The notes under the pieces were generated by a model. It saw nothing but the letters and a program-made list of their open reading frames with translations. It did not search any database and was not told the origin of the DNA. Source: Armatimonadota bacterium (GTDB taxonomy: Bacteria > Armatimonadota > UBA10988). From it: a DNA stretch of 16,298 nt. The translations under genes were made by a program, and so were the position numbers. The stretch is taken from assembly GCA_016235455.1 (NCBI GenBank), contig JACRKZ010000033.1:1-16298 (forward strand). Reading direction: 5' to 3'. Of the stretch, positions 8,259-16,176 are shown in pieces (position 1 is the first letter of the stretch; each line of letters opens with the position of its first letter).

Positions 8259-8306
8259 GGCCGGTGAGGCCGGCGGGCGATGCCCGCCCGACCTGGAGGG
8301 TCACTC

Positions 8307-8753
8307 TTGGCAACACTCCTGGTCGTCGATGACGACCCGACCATCGTCTCACTCAGCTCGCGCGTCCTGCAGACCGCCGGCCACTTCGTGGTAGCCGCCA
8401 TCGGCGGCTCGCTGGGCATCGCCGCCTTCGAACTCCACGCCCCGCTCATCCATGCCGTGCTCATGGATGTGCATATGCCGGGCGTCGATGGGGTCACCGC
8501 GTTCCACTACATCCGACACGCCTGCCCCGAGGTGCCGTTCGTCTTCGTGACCGCCAGTACCGACGCCGTGCCCGACGCGGTGCTGACCGCGCCGCATGTA
8601 GCGCTGCTGGCCAAGCCGTTCCGCGCCTGCGACCTCGTTTCCACGGTGGGCCGGGTGCTCGCTGCCGCTCCGCGGGCCACGGACGCCGAGCTGGCGCCGC
8701 GACTGCTCTGCCCGCCGGCCAGCCCGGCCGGCGCGACGCAGCCCAGGAGGTAA
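8307..8753 (+). CDS. Stand-alone (CheY-like) receiver-domain response regulator
   Basis: GGAGG at 8295-8299, then TTG at 8307. LLVVDDD, VLMDVHMPGVDG (phospho-Asp), FVTA and LAKPF are all present; there is no output domain, only a short Pro/Ala tail. Confidence 0.88.
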   Translation: MATLLVVDDDPTIVSLSSRVLQTAGHFVVAAIGGSLGIAAFELHAPLIHAVLMDVHMPGVDGVTAFHYIRHACPEVPFVFVTASTDAVPDAVLTAPHVALLAKPFRACDLVSTVGRVLAAAPRATDAELAPRLLCPPASPAGATQPRR

Positions 8754-8762
8754 CCGGCCGGC

Positions 8763-10229
8763 TCATGCGTGGGCGGCGAACAGCTCGGCAATGGTCCGCA
8801 CCGCCGCTTCGACCACCATCTGCCCGCCGGCCGGCGCCACACGACAGCTGGCCGGCACCGCGCCATAGCTCAGGCCGGCCGCGGCACGCTCGGTGGGCAG
8901 GTAGCAGCCGCCCGAGGCCAACGACGTCAGTTGCACCACAAACGTCTGCTCCGCGGCCGAGCGGCCCTTGATGCGGTCGCCAAAATCCAGGTAGAACTCG
9001 AACGGCGCGGTGACCAGCGCTATCTCGCCGAGCCGCACCACGTTCACCTCCGCGCGCACGCCAGGCAGCGGATGCTCATAGCGCCGCGCCGCGCGCTGAC
9101 ACCAGGCCCGGCGGCAGTGCAGCGCGGTGAACTGCGCGCCGAGCGGGTCGCAGTCGCCCAGTTCGGCCAGTTGCTCGCCCAACGCGGCGATCTCCTGCCC
9201 CAGCGCGTCATACTCGGCCAGGCTCAGGTCCCAGTGCGGCAGGTCGAGGTCCAGGCTCTGGTGCCCGAAGGCGACCTTCTCGCGCATGTCCGCCCGCACC
9301 GCCGGCTCGGCGTCGTCCACGGCGCCGGCGATGCGTCGCGCCAGATCACGGCGGAGCGCGGCGTTCAGCGGCCGGCCGACGCCGTCACCGTACTTCAGCC
9401 GCAGCATCCGCGCCTCGGCGCGCGTGCCGATCAGGCGGTGCGGGCTCTGGTCGCCCGCAGCGGAGCACTGGGGCAGGATGAACAGACCGCTGCCATGGCG
9501 GCGACGCAGTTCCTCGCGGGCATCGTGCCAGAAGTCGGCTGAGATGAAGTCCTGTCCACTCTCGCTGGCCTGCGACGGGCAGGCCAGGTTGACCAGCACC
9601 CCAGTCAGTGCCCGCTTCGCATCGTAGGTGAACAGCAGGTTCACGCCATGGTCCACATGGCCCTCGATGTGCGAGAACTCGGCGGCGCTGGTGCTGCCAT
9701 ACATGGTGGCGCTGTCGTCGAAGGTGCGTACCCGCCGGTTCTCACCCACGACCGCGTGTGAGTAGCCCCAGGCCACGAAACCCGCGGCGCGCGCCGCCCA
9801 GGCCTGGCAGCAGGCGTCCGCCAGGGCCATAGTCAACAGCGCGCCATACTCGGCGGCGGTCATGTAGTCGGGGTAGCGCGCGCGGATGGCGGCCAGGTGG
9901 TCCTCATCCTTCTGCAGCGCCTCGCCGCTGCCGCCGAATGGCGCGGTATGGGTGTGTGTGGCGCAGACGATCAGCTTGCGCGGGTCGAAGTCGGGCAGCC
10001 GCTCGGCCAGCATGGCCCGCGCGCCGGCCAACACCTCGTCGTCCACCGAGCAGGAGTCGATGGACACCAAGATGGCCTGGTCGTCGTCGCTGGACAACGC
10101 CAGAGCGGTCAGCGTGAGCGGGTCCTGGACGCGCGTGGCCAGGCGCAGGTTGAACTGACCGCGCAGGGCGACGGGGCGGTGGGGTGTGATGTCGGCTTGC
10201 GACCAGCCGATGCGAAGGCAGTTGTGCAT
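8763..10229 (-). CDS. Neutral/alkaline ceramidase-superfamily hydrolase of unknown substrate
   Basis: Start MHNCLRIGWSQADITP after a GGGGAG SD (the track start at 10610 overlaps the next gene). Motifs: DPLTLTALAL, ATHTHTAP, NRR, ISADF, AAGDQSP, PFEFYLDFG.RIK, YLPT..A..G.SYGA. Confidence 0.78.
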   Translation of the reverse strand: MHNCLRIGWSQADITPHRPVALRGQFNLRLATRVQDPLTLTALALSSDDDQAILVSIDSCSVDDEVLAGARAMLAERLPDFDPRKLIVCATHTHTAPFGGSGEALQKDEDHLAAIRARYPDYMTAAEYGALLTMALADACCQAWAARAAGFVAWGYSHAVVGENRRVRTFDDSATMYGSTSAAEFSHIEGHVDHGVNLLFTYDAKRALTGVLVNLACPSQASESGQDFISADFWHDAREELRRRHGSGLFILPQCSAAGDQSPHRLIGTRAEARMLRLKYGDGVGRPLNAALRRDLARRIAGAVDDAEPAVRADMREKVAFGHQSLDLDLPHWDLSLAEYDALGQEIAALGEQLAELGDCDPLGAQFTALHCRRAWCQRAARRYEHPLPGVRAEVNVVRLGEIALVTAPFEFYLDFGDRIKGRSAAEQTFVVQLTSLASGGCYLPTERAAAGLSYGAVPASCRVAPAGGQMVVEAAVRTIAELFAAHA

Positions 10230-10407
10230 GGAACGTCTCCCCATGGGGCTCGTTGCCAAGCATGCCCCGCCGCGGGCTGCACCGCCAGTGCGTTTGGCGC
10301 CGTGGCCGGCGAGGGCCGGCGGCACTGGCATCATGCCTCGGTCGTGTGCGACACTGTGCGCAGGGACGAGCGGCGCGCCGCCCAGCGCGCCCGCGGGGAG
10401 ACCGGAC

Positions 10408-11541
10408 ATGGGTAGGACCAGCGCGCGAGCGGTGCTGTTGGTGGCGGCGTGGGTGACCGCGGCGGTGGCGCTGGAGCCCCTCGACCCGTTCAAGACTGTC
10501 GGCGAGTCGCGCGATGTCGCGCTGCTGGAGCGCATCGCCAGTTCGCCCTCGGCCGCCGCTGCGCTCAACCCGGCCGGTGGCATGGGCGACGGCGCCAAGG
10601 ACCTGCGCACCGTGGCCTACGCCCGGCTGGGCGAGCTGAACACGCCCGACAGCCTGGCCGCCGTCGACCGCATCGAGGCCGCGGCCAGGCAGGTGCGGCC
10701 CAGCGCCGGCGGCTGGGATGTGTACTCCGGCATGCATCCCGCCTTCCACTACGACGACACGCCGTTCGAGCCGCGAGCCTGTCTGACGCTGGTCAACGGC
10801 CGTACCTACGCGATGGTCACGGGCTCCTGGATGGCGGGCTTCGACATCTACCTGACCTGGCAGGAGGACCGCGCCCGAGGCACCTGGGCCAGGCCCCGGC
10901 TGGCCGCCTCTGTCGAGGACTATGTGACGCTCACCTCGCTCTCGCCCGCGCCGATCGAGGCGATACGCTGTGATTACACGCGTCAGTACTTCGTGCCGAC
11001 GCCAGAGCGGCGCGGCAGGATGGCCAGCGAGGCGCGCAGCGTCACCGTGCGGCTGCTGGACACGCTGGCCGATTCGGACAGCGATGGCTGGACCGACCGC
11101 GAGGAGCGCCGCCTGGGGCTCGATCCGTTCAACGCCGACACCGACGGCGACGGCATCAGCGACGGCAACGACATCACGCCCGACTTTGCCCCTCCGGCCG
11201 CCGAGACCGACGAGGATGTGCTGGTGCAGAAGGCCTTCTACGCCGCCTACGGACTGAGTGGCGCGCACCACGTCATGCTGGCCACGCCGGACTGTCGCCC
11301 GGTGGCGCTGTGGGGCTACGCGGGACCGGTCCTGTACAAGGCAGGCCGCCAGGCGTGGGACAAGCAGCGCCGCGGCTCGAAGATCAGCGTGACGTGGCAG
11401 GTCACCGTGCGCCGCGACCTGGCCACGGTGCACCTCTACGATCACGAGGGGCCGCTGGCCGCCGGGCACCAGGATGTGCGGCTCGTGCGACGCGAGGGCC
11501 GGTGGGTCGTCGTCGACCGACGTCTCGGCGCCGTCTCTTGA
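10408..11541 (+). CDS. Secreted hypothetical protein with bacterial thrombospondin type-3-like Ca-binding repeats
   Basis: GGGGAG SD then ATG 10408; signal peptide MGRTSARAVLLVAAWVTAAVA; DSDSDGWTDREERRLGLDPFNADTDGDGISDGND at 11071-11172. Confidence 0.8.
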   Translation: MGRTSARAVLLVAAWVTAAVALEPLDPFKTVGESRDVALLERIASSPSAAAALNPAGGMGDGAKDLRTVAYARLGELNTPDSLAAVDRIEAAARQVRPSAGGWDVYSGMHPAFHYDDTPFEPRACLTLVNGRTYAMVTGSWMAGFDIYLTWQEDRARGTWARPRLAASVEDYVTLTSLSPAPIEAIRCDYTRQYFVPTPERRGRMASEARSVTVRLLDTLADSDSDGWTDREERRLGLDPFNADTDGDGISDGNDITPDFAPPAAETDEDVLVQKAFYAAYGLSGAHHVMLATPDCRPVALWGYAGPVLYKAGRQAWDKQRRGSKISVTWQVTVRRDLATVHLYDHEGPLAAGHQDVRLVRREGRWVVVDRRLGAVS

Positions 11542-11550
11542 CGACAGTGC

Positions 11551-12117
11551 TCAGTCGTCCCCGCTCAAGCTGAGCGCACTGTCGGCCGGCCGGTCAGGGC
11601 CCGCGGAGGCGCGCGACAGGGACCTGTCACCAGCGACGCCGCGCTCGTTGGCGTGGTACTCAATCAGGCGCCGGACCATGGACAGGTAGGCGCGTTCGTC
11701 CGACCAGTACTCGTTCAACTCGAGCGCCGCGTCGTCGCTCTCGATCAGCCACCGGGTGCCGATGTGACGGCGCGCGGCACGGATCCGCAGCCACGGCAGG
11801 AGCACCTCGCCTTGTCGCAGCCCTTCGAGCGAGGCCACCACCGCGGGCCGGCGAAGCGTGGCGTCGGCGTCGAGCAGGCGGGTCGCCGCGATGTAGAGAG
11901 CGGCTGCGCCCGCGGCGACCAGCCAAGAGCCGGCAGTCGCCTGGTATGGGCGTAGCACGGTACCGAGGACGACCGCGCCCAGTCCGAACCGTACCAATGG
12001 CCCAGGCGCCAAGCGCGTCAGCCAGGATCGGCCCCGGATATGCGGCCGGGCGCTCGTGCGCAGACTGTTGCGCAGCCACTCTGGCAGTTCGTCCTTGGCG
12101 GATTGGTCGATGTCCAT
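11551..12117 (-). CDS. Hypothetical membrane protein (2 TM + possible bacterial PH-like domain + DRSLS/DSALS tail)
   Basis: ATG 12117 after CAGGGG; hydrophobic LVRFGLGAVVLGTVL and WLVAAGAAALYIAA. The track extension to 12438 overlaps the GH29 gene and is discarded. Confidence 0.7.
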   Translation of the reverse strand: MDIDQSAKDELPEWLRNSLRTSARPHIRGRSWLTRLAPGPLVRFGLGAVVLGTVLRPYQATAGSWLVAAGAAALYIAATRLLDADATLRRPAVVASLEGLRQGEVLLPWLRIRAARRHIGTRWLIESDDAALELNEYWSDERAYLSMVRRLIEYHANERGVAGDRSLSRASAGPDRPADSALSLSGDD

Positions 12118-12139
12118 GGCGGCGGGCCCCTGCAAACAC

Positions 12140-12169
12140 AGTGTAGCGGGCCGCCGCCGGTGGCGCCAA
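12140..12169 (-). promoter_or_regulatory. Putative sigma70 promoter TTGGCG-N18-TACACT for the 12117 gene
   Basis: The reverse complement of 12164-12169 is TTGGCG and of 12140-12145 is TACACT, 22 nt upstream of the ATG. Confidence 0.45.
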
Positions 12170-12174
12170 TCCGC

Positions 12175-12204
12175 TTGACGCGGTCCCCGGCCACCGACTA
12201 CGCT
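12175..12204 (+). promoter_or_regulatory. Putative sigma70 promoter TTGACG-N18-TACGCT for the GH29 operon
   Basis: TTGACG at 12175-12180 and TACGCT at 12199-12204, followed by GGAG and ATG 12224; back-to-back with the minus-strand promoter. Confidence 0.55.
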
Positions 12205-12223
12205 CACCCGCGGAGACGGTCCC

Positions 12224-14221
12224 ATGAGCGCGAGTCTGCTGAACCTCACCGCTTTGCTGGCCTCGTCGGTCGCGGCCATTCCCGTGCCCACGCCCGAGCA
12301 GGTGGCCTGGCACGAATCGGGTGTCGGCCTGTTCTTCCACTGGGCGCCCAACAGCATCAAGGGCATCGAGGGCGACGACCTGTCGGTGCCGCGCGACCAG
12401 ATCAACCCCGACCACTTCGACGCGGGCCAGTGGACCAAGGCCTGCCAAGTGGCCGGTGCGGGCTACATGATCTTCGTTGCCAAGCACATCGGCGGTTACT
12501 GCGCCTGGCAGACCAAGACCACCGACTACTCGCTGGTCTCCTCGCCCTGGAAGCAGGGCAAGGGCGATATGGTCGGCGACCTGGCCGCAGCCTGCGCGCG
12601 TGAGAAGCTGCACCTGGGCATCTACCTCTCGCCGCGTGACGACGTGCATGGCGTCGACACCGGCGGGCAGGCCAAGGATGCCGCCAAGCAGGCCGCCTAC
12701 AACGACATCTATCGCGCCCAGCTCACTGAGATCCTCACCAACTACGGCCCCATGTTCGAGATGTGGTTCGATGGCGGCAACATCGTGCCGATCAACGAGA
12801 CCATCGACAAGCTGGCGCCGGGCATCATCTCCTTCCAGGGCCGGCGCGCCGGCGGCTCGCGCTGGGTGGGCACGGAGCATGGCTTCGCGCCGTATCCCTG
12901 CTGGAACTCCATCGCCTGGCAGCCGGGCGAGACGCCCAAGGAAGGGCCCGGCTCGCCCGACGGCAATGCCTGGTGTCCCGCCGAGTGCGACGTCTCGTTG
13001 CTGCGGCCGCGCTGGTTCTGGTTCCCCGGCTGTGAGCGGCAACTGCTCGGCCTCGACCAGTTGGTCGAGATCTACTACATGTCCGTTGGCCGCGGCGTGA
13101 ATCTGCTGCTCAACGCCACGCCCGACCCGCGCGGCGAGGTGCCGGCCGAGCAGATGAAGCGCCTGGCCGAGTTTGGCGACGAGGTGCGCAGACGCTTCGC
13201 CAAGCCGCTGGCCACCACCCACGGCGAAGGCAACGCGCTGAGCCTGGACCTCGGCGGCACCAAGACCATCGACCACCTGGTGCTACGCGAGGACATCAAG
13301 GGCGGCGAGCGCGTGCGCGGGTACCTGGTCGAGGGTAGGCGAGCGAACGGCAAGTGGGTGCCGCTGGCCAAGGGCAGCCAGATCGCCGTGCGGCAGATCA
13401 TCCCCATCGCGCCGGAAACCGTGACGGCCGTGCGGCTGACCATCAGCGAGAGCGTGGCGCCGGTGACCATCGCCGAATTCGCGGTCCACCGCGTCGACCG
13501 GCCCGTGCCGGCCATCGCCTACCGCGAGGGCGGCCGGCCCGCCATGCGAGCGCCCAAGCTGTCGCGCAGCCGCGACGGCATCTTTGCCATCGACTGCCCG
13601 ACGCCCGACTGGGAGATCCGCTACACCCTCGACGGCAGTGAGCCGACACGCACCTCGACGCTTTACCACGAGCCGCAGCAACTGCCGCTCGGCGGCACGG
13701 TGCGCGCGCGCTACTTCGAGATCGAGGACGCCGCCGCGCCGGCCGGACCCATCGCCACGCGCCGCTTCGGCCTGGCCCAAAGTCGCATCAAGGTGGTCAG
13801 CGCCAGCTCCTCAGAGCCCGACGCGCGGCCCGAGCTGGCCTTCGATGGTGACCCACGGACCATGTGGCACACCGCCTGGCGGGGCGGCAACGCCAAGCCG
13901 CCGCACGAGATCGTGGTCGACTTGGGCGCGCCTTACTCGGTGGACGGTCTGGCCTATCTAGCGCGCCAGGATGCCGTGGGCACCATGCCCAAGGGCGTAC
14001 GCGTGTGGGTAGCCGACGCCCCGGAAGCCTTTGCTGCCGATCCCGGCTTTGAGGGCACGTTCGGTGACTTCAAGGTCGACCCCCACGCCTGGCGGCAGGT
14101 GGAGTTCGGCCAGGCGCTGCCCGGCCGCTACGTCAAGATCGCCTATCCCGACGAGGTCGCCGGCCAGGTCTGCGTAGCTTCGGCGGAGATCGAGATCCTG
14201 GTGCGCGCGGGAGAGAAGTGA
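12224..14221 (+). CDS. GH29 alpha-L-fucosidase-family glycosidase with a beta-sandwich, an Fn3-associated/CHB_HEX_C-like domain and a C-terminal F5/8C domain; secreted
   Basis: Signal peptide; PTPEQVAW, GLFFHW, FDAGQW, AKH, LGIYLSP, QLTEILTNYG..EMWFDG (nucleophile Asp), RWVGTEHG, WCPAECDVSL, YYMSVGRGVNLLLN; IRYTLDGSEPT; AFDGDPRTMWHT..PHEIVVDLG. Confidence 0.92.
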   Translation: MSASLLNLTALLASSVAAIPVPTPEQVAWHESGVGLFFHWAPNSIKGIEGDDLSVPRDQINPDHFDAGQWTKACQVAGAGYMIFVAKHIGGYCAWQTKTTDYSLVSSPWKQGKGDMVGDLAAACAREKLHLGIYLSPRDDVHGVDTGGQAKDAAKQAAYNDIYRAQLTEILTNYGPMFEMWFDGGNIVPINETIDKLAPGIISFQGRRAGGSRWVGTEHGFAPYPCWNSIAWQPGETPKEGPGSPDGNAWCPAECDVSLLRPRWFWFPGCERQLLGLDQLVEIYYMSVGRGVNLLLNATPDPRGEVPAEQMKRLAEFGDEVRRRFAKPLATTHGEGNALSLDLGGTKTIDHLVLREDIKGGERVRGYLVEGRRANGKWVPLAKGSQIAVRQIIPIAPETVTAVRLTISESVAPVTIAEFAVHRVDRPVPAIAYREGGRPAMRAPKLSRSRDGIFAIDCPTPDWEIRYTLDGSEPTRTSTLYHEPQQLPLGGTVRARYFEIEDAAAPAGPIATRRFGLAQSRIKVVSASSSEPDARPELAFDGDPRTMWHTAWRGGNAKPPHEIVVDLGAPYSVDGLAYLARQDAVGTMPKGVRVWVADAPEAFAADPGFEGTFGDFKVDPHAWRQVEFGQALPGRYVKIAYPDEVAGQVCVASAEIEILVRAGEK

Positions 14222-15189
14222 TGCCTGAGGATCGGCAGATCGTGGTCACCGGGCCGCGCCGGGTGGAGCTGCTGCCCGCGCCGCGACCTGACACGGCGGT
14301 GGGCGCGGGCGAGGTGGCCGGCAGCACGGTGTACAGCCTGGTCAGCCCCGGCACGGAGCTGAACTACTGCTACTTCGCGGCCGAGTTCCCGCGCCATCCG
14401 GGCTATGCCTCGGTGTTCCGTATCGAGGCGGTCGGTGACGCCGTGACGGACCTGTCGCCGGGCGATCTGGCGCTGTGCATGGGCAACCATCGCTCCTGGC
14501 AGCGCTGCCGCCGCGCCGACGTCATCCCCGTGCCGGCCGGGCTCGACGCCGTTGCCGCGCCCTTCGCGCGGCTGATGAACGTGAGTTGGAGCACGCTGAC
14601 CACGACCACCGCTCGGCCGGCTGACGCCGTGCTGGTCACCGGCCTTGGTCCCGTGGGACATCTGGCGGCGCAGATCTTCGCCGCCGCGGGCTACCGCGTC
14701 ACCGGCGTCGACCCGTCGCCGGCGCGGCGTGCGCTGGCCGAGAGCAAGGGCCTGGCCACCGTGCCCACCTGCGCCGAAGTGGACCCAGCCCTGGCGGGCA
14801 CGTTCGGGCTGTGTGTGGAGTGCTCAGGCCACGAGCAGGCCGTGCTGGACGCCTGCCGGCTGGTGCGTAAGCGAGGCGAGGTGGTGCTGGTCGGCGTGCC
14901 GTGGCGCAAGCTGAGCGACTTGCCGGCACACGATCTGCTGCATGTCATCTTCCACCGCTACGTGGTGCTGCGTAGCGGCTGGGAATGGGAGGTGCCCACG
15001 CACCCGCGCGACTTCTCGCCGACCAGCTTGGACCAGCAGATGACCGCCGCCCTGGACTGGCTGCGCGCCGGCCGCGTCGATGTCGCTGGCCTGGCCGAGG
15101 TGGTCGCGCCGGGCGAGTGCGATGAGGCGTACCGGCGGCTGGCGGAGCAGGCGATTGATGGACTGAGTGTGCTGTTCGCGTGGGAATGA
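14221..15189 (+). CDS. MDR-superfamily (alcohol dehydrogenase-like) oxidoreductase, BchC-like subgroup
   Basis: SLVSPGTE and PGYA replace the Zn-ligand C and GHE motifs; Rossmann VLVTGLGPVG; ECSG..GEVVLVG. TGATG overlap with the GH29 stop (alternative GTG at 14218). Confidence 0.88.
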   Translation: MPEDRQIVVTGPRRVELLPAPRPDTAVGAGEVAGSTVYSLVSPGTELNYCYFAAEFPRHPGYASVFRIEAVGDAVTDLSPGDLALCMGNHRSWQRCRRADVIPVPAGLDAVAAPFARLMNVSWSTLTTTTARPADAVLVTGLGPVGHLAAQIFAAAGYRVTGVDPSPARRALAESKGLATVPTCAEVDPALAGTFGLCVECSGHEQAVLDACRLVRKRGEVVLVGVPWRKLSDLPAHDLLHVIFHRYVVLRSGWEWEVPTHPRDFSPTSLDQQMTAALDWLRAGRVDVAGLAEVVAPGECDEAYRRLAEQAIDGLSVLFAWE

Positions 15190-15878
15190 GCGATCAGGGT
15201 GACAACCAGGCCTCGGGCCCGAACCCTGACCAGGTGAAGGCCTGGCAGGAGGACTTCCGGCGTCGGGCCGCCGAGGGGGCGACCGGCAACCGGTGCCGCA
15301 GGTTTCTGGCAAGCGCCGTCGGGCCGCTGAAGCCGGTTCTTGACGTCCTTGCGGCGGTGCTCGTCGCCGCCGCCCCGGTGTTGGCGTTCTGGTACCTACT
15401 GGGCAAGTGCGGAAGCCCGATCCTTGCGGCCGTCGGGGTGGTGGCGATCTCCCTGGTTGCGCTGGTGCTCGTGGGGCTGTCCATGGGCTCCCCTGTAGGC
15501 ACGGGGGCGTCTGTTCGACCGCCGCGCGGCCAGCGGTCAGCTGGGGCGGAGCCCGTCGGCCAGTACCTGTTCGCCTACTCCGATCACCTGGAGTACTGGA
15601 CGAGCCGACGGTTCGAGCGTGCTCCGTGGGCCGACGTGCTGGACATGACCGAGTCTGACGGGACGGTGGCCATTCGCCTGGCCAGCCAGCACGTCATCCG
15701 CGTGGCGCGCTGCGACGAAACCGCCGAGGCCATCGCCATCGTCGAGCGCCTCGTGGCTGACCGGCGCGAGCGGGACGAGGCGTTGCTGGCGCGCATGGAG
15801 CGCGGCCTGTCGCAGCCCGAGGTGGGCGGCTCCGAGCGCGGCATCAGCCTGGCGCATGACGAAGAGCCCAGGGCCTAG
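15186..15878 (+). CDS. Hypothetical membrane protein (2 TM + possible PH-like domain + ERGLS/ERGIS tail)
   Basis: ATGA overlap with the dehydrogenase stop; TM segments VLAAVLVAAAPVLAFWYLL and ILAAVGVVAISLVALVLVGL. Confidence 0.72.
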   Translation: MSDQGDNQASGPNPDQVKAWQEDFRRRAAEGATGNRCRRFLASAVGPLKPVLDVLAAVLVAAAPVLAFWYLLGKCGSPILAAVGVVAISLVALVLVGLSMGSPVGTGASVRPPRGQRSAGAEPVGQYLFAYSDHLEYWTSRRFERAPWADVLDMTESDGTVAIRLASQHVIRVARCDETAEAIAIVERLVADRRERDEALLARMERGLSQPEVGGSERGISLAHDEEPRA

Positions 15879-16147
15879 CGACCGGGCGACGCGGCCAGCT
15901 GCGCCGGCCCCGCGGTTCCCCCTGCCACGACGACTCTTTCCTGCCATCCGGGTCGCCTTGCCCACAGCTGCGAGCGGGCCAGCGCACTTCCTCCAGACGC
16001 TGATACCCGGCGTCGCCAATGACGTGTGCGGCAGGCCTCGGCTCGTGCGCCGTCGCTGCCGAGGAACCATTCTTTAGGCAGGTGTAGGGTGGCGCAACAA
16101 ACGACCGGCTTTGCCCAAAATAGGCGTGCAGGCCGCTCGGTTTTCCG

Positions 16148-16176
16148 TTTCACCACGCACTCAAAAAAGCCATAAT
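16148..16176 (+). promoter_or_regulatory. Putative sigma70 promoter TTTCAC-N17-CATAAT in an AT-richer patch
   Basis: TTTCAC at 16148-16153, an A-tract, and CATAAT at 16171-16176, about 90 nt upstream of ATG 16268. Confidence 0.5.

Noticed and set aside
10227-10410. Divergent intergenic region bounded by imperfect 16-bp inverted repeats (GGGGAGAC-N4-CATG), resembling an invertible promoter
   Set aside because: Fully explained by two divergent genes using the same SD and ATG spacing (a similar GGAGAC precedes 12224); no recombinase gene is in the window.
9904-11469. 521-aa minus-strand ORF
   Set aside because: Shadow of the 10408-11541 gene, which has an SD, a signal peptide and Ca-binding motifs.
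11660-13276. 538-aa minus-strand ORF
   Set aside because: Antisense shadow of the GH29 gene.
16040-16150. Minus-strand GGAAAACC...GGGCAAAGCC resembling a c-di-GMP-I riboswitch
   Set aside because: Lacks the GNRA-capped P2 stem and the correct spacing, and no gene lies downstream on that strand.
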